Notes: generated from the letters alone by a model not told the origin. Counted from the first letter of the stretch, positions 21,377 to 32,574 are shown. The stretch is DNA of 64,000 bases from an uncultured Verrucomicrobiae bacterium (GCA_963769025.1 CAVYKI010000009.1:1056001-1120000); one strand, 5' to 3'. A program made the numbers and translations.

Positions 21377-21991
21377 ATGGAAATCGACGTTTATACCGGC
21401 GGCCTCTTCGAAACCAACTGCTTCTACCTCCCCGCGCACGGCATCCTCATCGACGCCCCGGAGACCACCGCCGCTTGGCTGAAAAAGCGCGGCCACAAGG
21501 TGCGCACGCTGCTCCTCACCCACGCCCACGTGGACCATGTCTGGGACGCCGCCGCCATCCGCCGCGAACACGGCTGCAAGGTCGGCTATCACCCCGACGG
21601 CGTCGAGATGTTGACGGTCCCCGGCTTCTTCAAACGCCTCGGCATGGACTGGGAAATCGAACCCGTCCCCGCCGACTTCCTCATCGGGGAAACGCCCAGC
21701 CTCACCGTCGAGGGGCTCGAGTTCCAGGTCCTCCTCGTCCCCGGTCACTGTCCGGGCAGCCTTTGTTTCTTCGACAAAAAGGAGCGCATCCTCTTCGGCG
21801 GCGACGTCCTCTTCGCCGGCAGCATCGGCCGCACCGACCTCCCCCGGGGCGACCAACAGCTCCTCCTCGACGGCATCCGTGAAAAACTCTGGCCGCTCGG
21901 CGACGACGTCAAAGTCCTCCCCGGGCACGGTCCTGCGACGACCCTCGGCATCGAACGGAAAACCAATCCCTACGTCGGCGAAGGCGGGTAA
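21377..21991 (+). CDS. MBL-fold metallo-hydrolase (glyoxalase II-like)
   Basis: THAHVDH, PGHCPG, GDVLF..GRTDLP, PGHG. Confidence 0.92.
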   Translation: MEIDVYTGGLFETNCFYLPAHGILIDAPETTAAWLKKRGHKVRTLLLTHAHVDHVWDAAAIRREHGCKVGYHPDGVEMLTVPGFFKRLGMDWEIEPVPADFLIGETPSLTVEGLEFQVLLVPGHCPGSLCFFDKKERILFGGDVLFAGSIGRTDLPRGDQQLLLDGIREKLWPLGDDVKVLPGHGPATTLGIERKTNPYVGEGG

Positions 21992-22115
21992 AGCGGACCG
22001 GCGAGGAAAGCCCGGATCCGCAGCAAGCAGCGATGCCCCCGCTGGGCCGCAATCGCCGCAATTACAAATGCGCAAAACGAGTGCTGCAGCCGGTCGCGTT
22101 CGAGTTTGAAAATTC

Positions 22116-22143
22116 TTGTCTGCGGTGCCGCCGAAAATATAGT
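22116..22143 (+). promoter_or_regulatory. sigma70-type promoter
   Basis: TTGTCT-16-TATAGT, 8 nt before ATG 22152. Confidence 0.55.
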
Positions 22144-22151
22144 AAACAGCC

Positions 22152-22913
22152 ATGAAGACTCCCCGCCGCACCTCCGCCTCGCTCTCAATCGTGTGCGCTC
22201 TCGCCCTCACGCACTTGCCCCAAATGATTGCCGCGCCAGCTCCTGAAGGAAATGCGAAGGCGCTCATGGAAGAGGCCAGGAAGAAGCAGACCGAACGGAA
22301 ACGCGCCGAGATGCAACGGGAATTGGACCGCGTCGCGGAGGATGTGAAAAAGGGGCGCCAGGAGCTCGGTGAGTTGGAAACGAGCATGTCCAAAGTCGGC
22401 TACGCGGTAGCCGAGACCAAGACCCAGATCGATCAACTCGCGGGCCGAAAAAAGCGCGCCGGCCAGGACTTGGAATTGCTGCCGATGCGGATGGAGGCTG
22501 ATCGCCTGAAAACAGATGCCCTCAACCTTCTCAACGCCGCTCATGCCAAAGCGGGGGAAGCCATCAAGAGGCGGCAGGAAGAGCTTGAGTTGAAAGCGGC
22601 ACTGGTCGCCGCGCAGCTGCACAAACTCGAGGACGCGGAGATCGGCGCAGAGCCCGGTGCCAAGGGTGAGTCGGTGCCGACAGTGACGGAGTTGCAAAAG
22701 AGTCTTCAAAAGGCCGAGGATCGGAGCGCGCTAGCGACGGTGCGCGCTCGCGAGGCCATGGACGCTGCCGCTGCGAAGCTCCAACAGGCCGAGGCCGCAG
22801 CCGCCAAGGCGGAAAAAAAGCAGGCTGAATTCGAAAAGGAAAACGCCTCTCCCGCCCCCGGCGCCGCCGGCACCGAGCCCGTCACCACACTCAAGGCAAA
22901 AAAGACCCGCTGA
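22152..22913 (+). CDS. Hypothetical exported coiled-coil protein
   Basis: Signal peptide followed by long Ala/Glu/Lys heptad-rich helix. Confidence 0.7.
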   Translation: MKTPRRTSASLSIVCALALTHLPQMIAAPAPEGNAKALMEEARKKQTERKRAEMQRELDRVAEDVKKGRQELGELETSMSKVGYAVAETKTQIDQLAGRKKRAGQDLELLPMRMEADRLKTDALNLLNAAHAKAGEAIKRRQEELELKAALVAAQLHKLEDAEIGAEPGAKGESVPTVTELQKSLQKAEDRSALATVRAREAMDAAAAKLQQAEAAAAKAEKKQAEFEKENASPAPGAAGTEPVTTLKAKKTR

Positions 22914-23175
22914 AAGGCTGCGGGTTTCCCGACTGCGAGCCCGCACCGCATCGATCTTCGCTGCGAGAGACGCTCGCTCCTGCCTACCCGGTGGAAAGCG
23001 CCCACTGGGCGCCCGATCTCCGAATCGGCTTCCCCCCTCCCCGTGCGCAAGTCAACGCCGCAAAAACTGCCGCTGTCGCGTTTCAACGGACGATGCCAAC
23101 GCGAGCCTTCGCGATCCTATCCCGCGACAGTCGGCAGGAGAAGCATCGCTCGATACCGCGTGTGAACCCGGCCGC

Positions 23176-24675
23176 CTACGCGACCGCTGGCACCACGTAA
23201 GGCGTGCGGTAGTCGCGGGTGAGAAGCTTGTCCGCCTCGGCGTTGCCGATGAACTTCTCCGTCTTCGGATCCATCGTGAGATGTTCGCCGACGGTCAGAT
23301 GATCCTTCGCGATGTCCACGCCGTTCTTGGCGAGATGCTCCTTCATCCGCTCGAAGCTGTCCGCGGCCTCCTTGTTGCCCTTCACTTTTTCGAGGATGGC
23401 ACCGGGTGCCTGCTTCTTGCCGAGTTGAATGGAGATGTTCGCCGTGTGGCAGAGCGCGCTGCTGAGGTGACCATCGAGGATTTCGGCGTTGAGTTCACCC
23501 GGCTTGCGGCTGCGGATGGCCTTGCTCCAGTTCTGGTGATGGCTGTCCTGCCCTTCCGTGCTGTCGGCCTTGGCGGTGTCGGGCGCGTCCTTCGGCCCTT
23601 TGAAATTGCCGAAACGCTTCACGAGCTTGCCGTCCTTGTCGAACGCGCCGCAGCCGGTATAGCTCGGCACCTCGATGTGGCCGCCTTCGTATTGGATATA
23701 AACGCCGACGCCGTTGTTCCCGCGATAGTCGTCCATTTTCTCAATGCCTGTCGCCTGCGGGAGGCCGCGCACCTCGAAGATGAGCTGCGCGGTCGCATAC
23801 TCATGCATGACGAACATCGTGTTCGGCGTCTCGCCGTCATCAATGTAGCCGAGCCGTCCGCCGACGCTCCAGATTTTCGGCGAAAGCGCCTGCTCGCCCA
23901 TGAACCAGCGCGCGATGTCCATCTGGTGGATGCCCTGGTTGCCGAGGTCGCCGTTGCCCGTGTCCCACACCCAGTGCCAGTCGTAGTGGAGTTTCTTGCG
24001 CATGAGCGGCTTCACCTGCGCGGGGCCAAACCACAGGTCCTGATCGATGCCCGCGGGCCAAGGCGTGGGGGCGTCCACCTTGCCGATGCTCGGGCGACGC
24101 TTGTAGCACGTGCCACGTGCCCAGAGGAGCTTGCCGAGATTCCCAGCCTGTCCCCATTTCACCGCCTGCTGCAGGCCGATGCTCGAACGGCTCTGCGTGC
24201 CGCATTGCACGATACGCCCGTACTTCTTCGCCGCCTCGGCGAGCACGCGGCCCTCGAAGACATTGTGCGAAACGGGCTTTTCCACATACGCGTCCTTGCC
24301 CGCCTGGCACGCCCAGATGCCGATCAGCGCATGCCAGTGATTCGGCGTCGCGGTGGAAATGGCGTCAATTTCCTTCGAATCGAGCATCTTCCTCACGTCG
24401 GTGAACGTGGAGACGTTCGCATTCTTCTTGGAGAGGCTGTCCTTGCCCTTCGCGAGCACCTTCTCGTCCACGTCGCACAACGCGGTGATTTTCACGCCGT
24501 TGATCTTGAGCATGTCGCTGATGTGCGATCCGCCACGGCCATTGAAGCCGACCACGCCGACGCGGATGTCGCTGCCCGGCGACTGCGAGCGGGCGATGGC
24601 CGGGAACCCGAGAGCGCTGGCGGCGAGGGCGGATGTCTTGATGAAGGAACGGCGGGAGTATGATGGGAGGGACAT
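23176..24675 (-). CDS. Tat-exported Gfo/Idh/MocA family oxidoreductase
   Basis: SRRSFIK Tat motif; ATPNHWH, YVEKP, GDLGNQGIHQMD. Confidence 0.93.
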   Translation of the reverse strand: MSLPSYSRRSFIKTSALAASALGFPAIARSQSPGSDIRVGVVGFNGRGGSHISDMLKINGVKITALCDVDEKVLAKGKDSLSKKNANVSTFTDVRKMLDSKEIDAISTATPNHWHALIGIWACQAGKDAYVEKPVSHNVFEGRVLAEAAKKYGRIVQCGTQSRSSIGLQQAVKWGQAGNLGKLLWARGTCYKRRPSIGKVDAPTPWPAGIDQDLWFGPAQVKPLMRKKLHYDWHWVWDTGNGDLGNQGIHQMDIARWFMGEQALSPKIWSVGGRLGYIDDGETPNTMFVMHEYATAQLIFEVRGLPQATGIEKMDDYRGNNGVGVYIQYEGGHIEVPSYTGCGAFDKDGKLVKRFGNFKGPKDAPDTAKADSTEGQDSHHQNWSKAIRSRKPGELNAEILDGHLSSALCHTANISIQLGKKQAPGAILEKVKGNKEAADSFERMKEHLAKNGVDIAKDHLTVGEHLTMDPKTEKFIGNAEADKLLTRDYRTPYVVPAVA

Positions 24676-24841
24676 GGTGGGAGGGTCGTTGGGTGGCAGA
24701 GGTAATCAGAAAACCGGCGCGGGGTTAAAGGGAAACTTTTGCGATCCGCCATTTGCAGCATTCGTTCCTTCGGCACCCGGTCGGCGACGATGGCAGGACG
24801 CTAATTGACTTTTCCGCGCGGTCGGGCATTTCACTCCGCCC

Positions 24842-26044
24842 ATGTCGCCCACCCGAGCACTTCGTTTCGTCCCCTCCTTCATCCTCACAGCAGCCTGGAT
24901 GTCCTCCGCAGCGATGGCGCAGTTCACCGTGGGAGGAACCGGCGGCGGGACTCCCGGATCCGGACTCAGCATCGCAGGCGACATGATCGACAACATCCTC
25001 GTGCCGCGCGTGGGTGCCACACTCACGGCATCGCCTTCTTCGCCCGCGTTGAATCTCGGCACATTCGATATCGTCATCCAAGCCGGTTCGTCGCTCTCCG
25101 GAAATGCCGCGGCGCTGGCGGCGTTCAACCGCGCCGCTCAGGCATGGGAGGCTCGCATTTCCAACCCGGTCACCATCACGATCAATGCGGATCTCGCGTC
25201 GCTAGGGAGTGGCATCATCGGGAGCGCGAGTTCGGTGATTCTCCAGGGCGAATACAGCGAGATTCGCGACCAGCTCGTGAGCAACGCCACCAAACCGATC
25301 ACCGCGAGCCTGCCGACCGCCGCGCAGTTCAGCGCCACCGTTCCCGCAGGCACCTCGTATAACGGAATGGTCCTCGGGACGAAGGCGAACCTGAAGGCCA
25401 TGGGCTTCGGGGGGCTCGACGAGGACTTCGGCATCAGCGATGCCACCATCACCTTCAGCAACAGCTTTTCGTTCGACTACGACAACAGCGACGGCGTCGG
25501 CGCGGGCATGATGGATTTCGAGACCGTGGCCGCTCACGAAATCGGACACGCCTTGGGATTCACCTCCATCGTGGATTCCGTCAATGCCGGCGCGACCTCA
25601 TTCGGCCCCATGGTGCTCGACCTCTACCGCTTCGCGAACAATACCGCAGCCGATCCTTCCACGACCGGGGAGTTCACGAATTTCTCCCGCAACCTCGTCC
25701 CCGGCACCGACGCCATCACCGACATCATCAATGGCTTCGCCGCCGAACGCCGGATGTCCACAGGAGTCTCCAGCATGACCTTTCCTGGCACAGACGGACG
25801 CCAGGCGAGCCACTGGAAGGCGGACGAGCTCACGGGGGAATACATCGGCATGATGGATCCGACGCTCGAATTCGGCGTCGCACAGTCGCTGACCGAGGCT
25901 GATTTCGAAGCGTTGGGCCTGATCGGCTACAACATCTCGCCGGTGCCGGAGTTTTCGAACGGCATCTTCGGCCTCGCCTGCGTGCTCAGCGCCCTCGGTC
26001 TCCGGCGCAGGCGCGCCGCGCACGCCGCCCCCGGGACGCGCTAG
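24842..26044 (+). CDS. PEP-CTERM-anchored zinc metalloprotease (NF038122-like)
   Basis: Signal peptide; HEIGHALG; SHW; C-terminal VPEFS + TM + RRRR. Confidence 0.85.
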   Translation: MSPTRALRFVPSFILTAAWMSSAAMAQFTVGGTGGGTPGSGLSIAGDMIDNILVPRVGATLTASPSSPALNLGTFDIVIQAGSSLSGNAAALAAFNRAAQAWEARISNPVTITINADLASLGSGIIGSASSVILQGEYSEIRDQLVSNATKPITASLPTAAQFSATVPAGTSYNGMVLGTKANLKAMGFGGLDEDFGISDATITFSNSFSFDYDNSDGVGAGMMDFETVAAHEIGHALGFTSIVDSVNAGATSFGPMVLDLYRFANNTAADPSTTGEFTNFSRNLVPGTDAITDIINGFAAERRMSTGVSSMTFPGTDGRQASHWKADELTGEYIGMMDPTLEFGVAQSLTEADFEALGLIGYNISPVPEFSNGIFGLACVLSALGLRRRRAAHAAPGTR

Positions 26045-26884
26045 CCGAGCGCGTCCAGCGCGTCGTGGTCGATCGTCACGAGACGCCTTTGCTTCGAGCC
26101 CAGCTTCGGGATGCACTGGATGAGCGCCTTGGTGTAAGCATGCTGCGGATCGCGCAGCACGTCCGCGGTGGTTCCGGCCTCGACGATTTTGCCGCGGAAC
26201 ATGACGGCGACCTTGTCGGCGAAATGTCGCTGATGATGCCGAAATTGTGCGTGATGAGGATGATCGCCATGTCGAGCTTCGTGCGCAGCTCGCGGAACTG
26301 ATCCATGATTTGCGCCTGGATGGTCACGTCGAGCGCGGTGGTCGGCTCGTCGGCGACGAGCAGGTCGGGCTGGCACGATAGCGCCATGGCGATCATCACG
26401 CGCTGCTGCATGCCGCCGCTGAGCTGGTGCGGATAGTCGTGCAGGCGCTTGGCGGGATCGATGATGCCGACGAGGTCGAGGTACTTGATGATCTCCGCGT
26501 CCATGTCCTTCACCTCGGGCCGGTGCAGCGCGATGGCCTCGGCGATCTGGTTGCGGATGGTGAAGACGGGATTCAGCGACGTGCCCGGCTCCTGGAAAAA
26601 TGTAGGCGATGCGCCCGCCGCGGAGCTTGCGCAGCTCGTCGGGCTTCATCTTCAGCACTTCCTTCCCGTCGAAGAGGATTTCACCTGACACATAGCGCGC
26701 CGGCGGCTCCGGCAGCAGCCGCGTGAGCGCGAGGCCGGTGACGCTTTTCCCGCTCCCGCTCTCGCCGACGATCGCGAGCGTCTCACCCTTCTCCAGCGTG
26801 AAGGTAGATGCCCTTCACGGCCTTCACGACGCCGTTCTCGGTGTGGAAGTGGATGGCGAGATTGCGGATGTCGAGGAGCGGCAT
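26041..26884 (-). CDS. Oligo/dipeptide ABC transporter ATP-binding protein (frameshifted)
   Basis: GESGSGKS Walker [28 protein letters not shown]. Confidence 0.88.
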
Positions 26885-26889
26885 GGGAA

Positions 26890-27988
26890 TCAACTGCGTT
26901 TGGGATCGAAGGCGCGGCGGAGGGCGTCACCGAAGAGATTGAGCGAAAGGACGAGGCCGAAGAGCGCGGCGGTGGCGGCGGTGAGATTCCACCAGACCAT
27001 CGGCTCGCGGCTGAGTTCGCTGCGCGCGCCGTCGATCATCGCGCCCCAGCTCGGCGTGCCGACGGGCGAGCCGACGCCGAGGTAGCTGAGCATCGCCTCG
27101 GCGAGCACGATGCCGCAGAAGCCGAGGACGAATTTGATCAGCACGAGGTGCATGACGTTCGGCAGCAGATGGCGCGTGAGGATCTTCCAAGTGCTCTGCC
27201 CGAGCGCGCGCGCCGCTGCGACATACGTGCGCTCGGCCTGGCGCATCGTCTCGCCGCGGATGAGGCGGCAGAGGTCCGACCCAGCATCGTGACGCCAAGC
27301 GCGAGCGCCATGGAGAGCAGGCCCTTGCCCAGCACGAGCAGCATGGAGACGAGCAGCAGGATCTGCGGGATGCTCGCGAGCGTGGAATAGACGTACTGGA
27401 TCACGTCATCCACCCACCGGCGGAAGTAGCCCGACGATGAGGCCGAGCAGCGTGCCGAGCGATGATGTAGATCACGCTGGTGACCCCGCCGAGCAGCAGC
27501 GCCGTTCTGCAGGCGCGCAACGTTTCCACGAGCGTGTCCTTGCCCAGCGCGGTCGTGCCGAGAACGTGCGTGCCGGTGATGCGATACCGCTGCGCGCTCT
27601 TGAGTTTCGCCGGGTCTCCGCTCGCCTCGGCCGCGGCGACCTCGGATTCCTTCGAGAGTTGGATTTTCGCAAATGGCGCGCTGTAGCTGCGCTCCTGCGG
27701 AATGCCGCTGGTCAGACGCTTGAGCCCGCTCTCCCATGCGCCGTCGCCCGCAGGCACGCGGATGGTTTCCGCGACGCCGATGAGCAGGTAGAGCGCAATG
27801 ATGCACGCGGAGGCGATGCCCACGCGGTCCTTCCGGAAGCGGCGGAACGCGATCCGCCATTGTTCATCGTGGCGCCCCCACCACACGACGGCGGCCAGTG
27901 CGGCGAAGCCGAGCGCAACGAGGCTGTTTTGCACGACCGGCCGCTCGATCCAGTCTGCGAGTTGTGAAAGTGTGCTTGCGTCGGCCAT
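26890..27988 (-). CDS. Peptide ABC transporter permease, DppC/OppC-like (frameshifted)
   Basis: HVLGTTALGKD; YVAAARALGQS..RHLLPN; EAMLSYLG..PSWG. Confidence 0.88.
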
Positions 27989-27991
27989 GGT

Positions 27992-28990
27992 CTATTTGAG
28001 GCGGATGCGCGGATCGGCGATGGCGTAGCAGATGTCCGTGAGCATCAGGCCGAGGAGGTAGAGCAGCGAGCCGACGAAGACCGCGGCGCGGACGATCGCG
28101 AAATCCTGCTTCTGGATCGCGTTCACCACGAGGCCGCCGAGGCCGGGGATGCCGAAGAAATTCTCGATGAGCAGCGATCCCATGATGAGCAGCGGCAGAT
28201 ACGCGACGATGAGCGTGATGAGCGAGATGGCGCCGTTTTTCAGCACGTGCTTGAAGAGCACGCCGCGCGGGCTCACGCCCTTCGCCTGCGCGGTCCGCAC
28301 GTAGTCCTGCGCGATTTCCTCGAGAAAGATGGATCGGTAGAGACGCACGTCCGCGCCGAGATAGATGATGGCCATGACGCTGACCGGCAGGACGAGGAAC
28401 CGCAGCGTGCCCCACCCTTGCAGGTCGAAGCCGAAAACCGGGAACCATTTCAACGACACCGCGACGAGGCTCTGCGCCGTGATGATGTACGCCATCGGCA
28501 CGACGCTCATGAGAATGGCGCACGCGATCGTCATGCCGGTGTCGAGCGCGGAGGCACGGTACATCACCTGCACGAGGGCAAGGCCGACGGCGAGGAGGAA
28601 GCCGACGACAAGCGCGGGCGCCGTGATGAGCAGCGAAGGGATCGCGCCGGCGCGGATCTTCTGGCCGATGGGCTCCCGGTTGAAGTCGGACTCGCCGAAA
28701 TCAAAGGTCGCAAAGCCTTTCATCTGCTGGATGAAGATGGAGTCCGTCCACGGCTTGTCCGCGTGGTAAAACTGGTCGCGCGACCACGCGGTGTTCACGA
28801 GCAGCGGCTTGTCGTAGCCGCGTTCGCGGAGCCAGTTGTTCACCTCGACGGGCGTGGCGCGCTGGCCGAGCTGCGCGCGGGCCATCGTCTCGCGGGTCTG
28901 CACGACGAAGAAGAGGATGAACGTGATCAGCATCACTCCAAAGACGATCGGGATCGCGTAGAGCAGGCGGCGGATGATGTAGGAATACAT
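27992..28990 (-). CDS. Peptide ABC transporter permease, DppB/OppB-like
   Basis: YIIRRLL; DFGES; QDYVRTAQAKG..KHVLKN; IENFFGIPGLG. Confidence 0.93.
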   Translation of the reverse strand: MYSYIIRRLLYAIPIVFGVMLITFILFFVVQTRETMARAQLGQRATPVEVNNWLRERGYDKPLLVNTAWSRDQFYHADKPWTDSIFIQQMKGFATFDFGESDFNREPIGQKIRAGAIPSLLITAPALVVGFLLAVGLALVQVMYRASALDTGMTIACAILMSVVPMAYIITAQSLVAVSLKWFPVFGFDLQGWGTLRFLVLPVSVMAIIYLGADVRLYRSIFLEEIAQDYVRTAQAKGVSPRGVLFKHVLKNGAISLITLIVAYLPLLIMGSLLIENFFGIPGLGGLVVNAIQKQDFAIVRAAVFVGSLLYLLGLMLTDICYAIADPRIRLK

Positions 28991-28996
28991 GGCGTG

Positions 28997-30889
28997 TCAG
29001 CGGCGTTTCCACTCGGCGCGCTTCTTTTCCCGGAGCACGGGATCGAGCCACATGTATTTGATGCCGCCTTCGAGCATCATGTTGTTGTGCGTGCGAGGCG
29101 CCCACGGCTGCACGAGCGAATAGTACGCCTTGTGATTCGTGAAGATGACCGGGCAGTCGTCGTTCAGCATGTCCACCAACCGATGGACGATCTCCATCCG
29201 TGCCGGCGAATTCTCCATGGTCGCGATCTCCTCGTAGAGCCGGTCGAACTCGGCACTCTTGTAGCGGCTGACGTTCTTGCCCTCGGGGGGCAGGTTCCTG
29301 CCGTAGAAAAGCATCAGGTAATTTTCCGGGTCCGGGTAATCGGCGCCCCAGCCCGTTCCGCTCGAGAGCTGGAAATTTCCCTTGTCCTGCTTCTCGAGCA
29401 TCTTGGCGAAGGTGTTCTCCGAGACGCCCACCTTGATGCCGAGCCGCTCAAAGCACTTCTGCTCGAACTCCGTGAGCAGCCGCTCGTCGGAGCCGGTCGC
29501 ATTCGTGTCTAGCATGATCTCGAGCGGGCGTCCGGTCTTCGGGTCGATGCCATTTGGAAAACCCGCCTCCGCGATCAGCCGCTGCGCCTTCTCCAGGTTG
29601 AAGCCATTCGGGTTCCGGTACGTCTTGCGGAAACCCGGGATGCCGGGCGAGAGGAGCTGCTGTGCCACCTCACGCACGCCGTTGAAAAAAATGTCGTTCT
29701 CCGTCGCGGCGTCGAACGAGCATGCGAGCGCCTGCCGCAGCTTCTTGTTCTTTCCGAGCAGCGGATCCTCCATGTTGATGCTCGTGTAGAAGGTGGACAC
29801 GTCCACGTCCTTCTCCAGCGTCATCCCGCGCGCCGCGAGTTCGGGCGAAAGCTCATGCGTCGCGGTGACCACCGAGCTGTAGGCGTCCTTGCTCACGCCG
29901 AAACTGTCGAGGTAGCCCTGCTTCGTGAGCAGCCACGCCGGGATCGTCTCGCGCAGGATGCGCACCTGCACTTCATCGATGATCGGCAGCGGCCGCCCGG
30001 CGAGCGGCTTGCACACCGCATCGCGCGCCGCCGGCCATCCGCTGGTCGGGAAGCGCGTCGTCGTGTAGCGCTCGTTGCGCACGAGGCGGAAATTCTGATC
30101 GTGGTCGCTCAGGCGATGCACATAGGTGAACGGCCCGGTTCCCACCGGATGCCACTTGAACCGGTCGCGGCGCACCATCTTCCCGCCCTCCTCGTGCTTC
30201 TCACCGTCGTAATATTCCACCGCCTCGCGCGCGACCGGGCAGGTGAAGTGCATCCCCATCCAGTAAACGATCTGCGGATACGGCTTGAGGAGATGCACCC
30301 TAAACGTGCGCGAGTCGATCACCTCCACCCCGGCGAAGGGGGCGGCGTAGTCGAAGCGGTTCCCGTTTTTCTGCGCAGCCTCGTACCCCACCTTCAGCCC
30401 CGCGACGTAATCCCATAGCGACGAAAGCACCGGGCATTCGGTCTTTGGATCGGCGATGCGCTGCCACGCATAGCGCACATCCTCCGCGACGACCTCCCTG
30501 CCCTTCCCTCCGGGGAAGCATGGATCGTCGTGAAAAAAGATGCCGCCCTTCAGCCGGCACAAGTAGCTCACCTTGCCATCGGCGGTTTCCTCCTTCACCG
30601 GCATCGCCTCGAGCATGCACGGCATGAGCTCATACGGGTCGGTCTTGAAAGGGTCGTACTCCAGCAGGCAGTCGTACACCGGCTCCAGGATGCGCCGGCT
30701 CATCTGGTCATACGCCTCCTGCGGATCCAGAGAGCGGGGCGCTTCCGGCTGGTAATTGTAGCGCACGAGCCACGGCGAACCATCCGCCCGGCGCTCACGG
30801 AGCGCGGCCGGATGAGGATCGGGATTGCATCCCGCCACGAGGAGGACGGCGAAAAATGAGGCGAGGGCGATCGCGGGGGCGCGGAGCAT
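28997..30889 (-). CDS. Peptide ABC transporter substrate-binding lipoprotein (family 5)
   Basis: Lipobox VAGC; SLDP, PVGTGPF, GWGADYPDPENYL. Confidence 0.92.
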   Translation of the reverse strand: MLRAPAIALASFFAVLLVAGCNPDPHPAALRERRADGSPWLVRYNYQPEAPRSLDPQEAYDQMSRRILEPVYDCLLEYDPFKTDPYELMPCMLEAMPVKEETADGKVSYLCRLKGGIFFHDDPCFPGGKGREVVAEDVRYAWQRIADPKTECPVLSSLWDYVAGLKVGYEAAQKNGNRFDYAAPFAGVEVIDSRTFRVHLLKPYPQIVYWMGMHFTCPVAREAVEYYDGEKHEEGGKMVRRDRFKWHPVGTGPFTYVHRLSDHDQNFRLVRNERYTTTRFPTSGWPAARDAVCKPLAGRPLPIIDEVQVRILRETIPAWLLTKQGYLDSFGVSKDAYSSVVTATHELSPELAARGMTLEKDVDVSTFYTSINMEDPLLGKNKKLRQALACSFDAATENDIFFNGVREVAQQLLSPGIPGFRKTYRNPNGFNLEKAQRLIAEAGFPNGIDPKTGRPLEIMLDTNATGSDERLLTEFEQKCFERLGIKVGVSENTFAKMLEKQDKGNFQLSSGTGWGADYPDPENYLMLFYGRNLPPEGKNVSRYKSAEFDRLYEEIATMENSPARMEIVHRLVDMLNDDCPVIFTNHKAYYSLVQPWAPRTHNNMMLEGGIKYMWLDPVLREKKRAEWKRR

Positions 30890-30954
30890 CGCCGCAGCCT
30901 GTAGACGCTTACGGTGTGCTTTGCCAACGCCGAATCGCATGCGTCGCGGTCCGG

Positions 30955-31692
30955 CTACGACTTTCGCTTCATGTTGCGGATCGCATCGCGCAATTCCGCA
31001 GCCCGCTCGTACTTCTCATCCTGCACCGCGCGCTCCATCTCGCGCTTCAGTTTTTCCACCGGCGTCATCGGCTTCAGCTTGCGCAGCTCCAGGAGCCACT
31101 CGGCGAGGCTCTTGATCTCGGAGCTCTCCCCGTCGCCGTCGCGGTTGTTGTCCTTCACGAATTTCTCGATCGCGGAAATCCCCTTCTCCACCAGCGCGAT
31201 GGCCGCATCCACATCCTCCTTTTCGAGCGCGAGATTCGCCTTCGCCCGCGTGTTCATCATCATCACGTACGGCCGGAACTGCTGCACCGACCACGCCGCC
31301 TCGTCATCCGGCGCGTACTTCGCGACAAAGGTAAACATGTCGAGGTTCCGCTTCGTGTCGCGGATCACGCTCTGCCAGTCGCCGAGCTGAAACAGCGCGA
31401 GATAGCGGTGGTAGTACTGCACGCCCTCCGCCTGGAGCTCGCCCACGTCGTCCTCGCTCAGTTCAAAGTCCACGCCCGCCTGCTCCGCGCGGTCGCTCTG
31501 GAATTCCAGCTCGCTCTCCACGCCGTGCGGCATCCGGCCGTCCGGCCGTCCGGCCATCTCCATCTGGAGCACGCCCATGTCCAGCCGCAGCTGCAGCTTC
31601 TCGCGACCATCGCTTCCGGTGATCTTCCGCACTTGGAGCTGCCCCGGCTCGTAAGGCCAGTCCCGCAGCAAATCGCTCAAATCAAAACTCAT
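30955..31692 (-). CDS. UvrB/UvrC-motif-containing protein
   Basis: LRLDMGVLQME..GRPDG; C-terminal AVQDEKYERAAELRD UVR motif. Confidence 0.85.
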   Translation of the reverse strand: MSFDLSDLLRDWPYEPGQLQVRKITGSDGREKLQLRLDMGVLQMEMAGRPDGRMPHGVESELEFQSDRAEQAGVDFELSEDDVGELQAEGVQYYHRYLALFQLGDWQSVIRDTKRNLDMFTFVAKYAPDDEAAWSVQQFRPYVMMMNTRAKANLALEKEDVDAAIALVEKGISAIEKFVKDNNRDGDGESSEIKSLAEWLLELRKLKPMTPVEKLKREMERAVQDEKYERAAELRDAIRNMKRKS

Positions 31693-31700
31693 TGCCGCCG

Positions 31701-31728
31701 AGTATCGGAAGCATCCGCCGCGTGTCAA
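31701..31728 (-). promoter_or_regulatory. sigma70-type promoter
   Basis: TTGACA-16-GATACT, 8 nt before ATG 31692. Confidence 0.55.
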
Positions 31729-31756
31729 CGGGCCGTGCGCCTCCGCTCAGATTTCA

Positions 31757-32524
31757 TCACCTCGGCGGCGGACGCCGGGGACCGCGGCGACCGCCGTCCG
31801 GATTGTTCTTCACCTCAACCCGATCGTGCGGATCGGCATCCGGCGGCGTCACGCCGAGGATGATGTCCCACTTCGCTGCAAACGCCGCCGCCTTCGTGCC
31901 GGACAAGGGCACGAAATCCACCGTCACCGAATCGCGCGCCTGCGGATCGCGTAGGCTGCGATACAGGCCGTCGCCGTCATTTTGCGGATGCCCCTTCGCG
32001 TAGAGCTGCGTGGTGAGCAGTTCACGGCCGTTCAGGCGCACCATGGCGTGAATGTGCGGGCAGCGTCCGCTGTACGGCACGGGCTTGATGGTGCGGAAAA
32101 GATACTCGCCTTTCTCCGCCGTGAGGAAACGCCCGTAGCCCTGGAAATTCGCGTCCTTCTTGTTCGCGCTGGAGCTGCGGGTGTGGATGTACACGCCGTT
32201 CGCGTCGCACTGCCATATCTCCACGGTCGCGCCGCGAACGGGCGAGCCATCCGCCCCGAGCACGCGCCCGCTCAGGTAGGTGATATCGCCGACGGCCGGC
32301 GTGAGCGCGTTGTTCACGACGATGAGATCGTTGTCCGTGTCGAGCGGCAGATGGTCCGGGTAAAACGGCCCCTCGGGCTGCCGCGCCGTGATTGTGAGCG
32401 CCTCGGCGAATGCGCCCGGCGTGCAAAATCCCGCCGTGGCCAGCGCGAGGCTCTGCAACAGCCGGCGGCGGCTGAACGGAATGTAAAACGCGCGGGGAAC
32501 AAGCGAAGCGGACGGGGAGTTCAT
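31757..32524 (-). CDS. Tat-exported intradiol ring-cleavage dioxygenase-like protein
   Basis: SRRRLLQ; EGPFYP, VEIWQCDANGVY, FRTIKPVPY, RCPHIH. Confidence 0.88.
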   Translation of the reverse strand: MNSPSASLVPRAFYIPFSRRRLLQSLALATAGFCTPGAFAEALTITARQPEGPFYPDHLPLDTDNDLIVVNNALTPAVGDITYLSGRVLGADGSPVRGATVEIWQCDANGVYIHTRSSSANKKDANFQGYGRFLTAEKGEYLFRTIKPVPYSGRCPHIHAMVRLNGRELLTTQLYAKGHPQNDGDGLYRSLRDPQARDSVTVDFVPLSGTKAAAFAAKWDIILGVTPPDADPHDRVEVKNNPDGGRRGPRRPPPR

Positions 32525-32574
32525 GCGCGAAATCTGCGGCCCACCAGCCCGCTGTCCAGAGCAAATCGGGGCGG

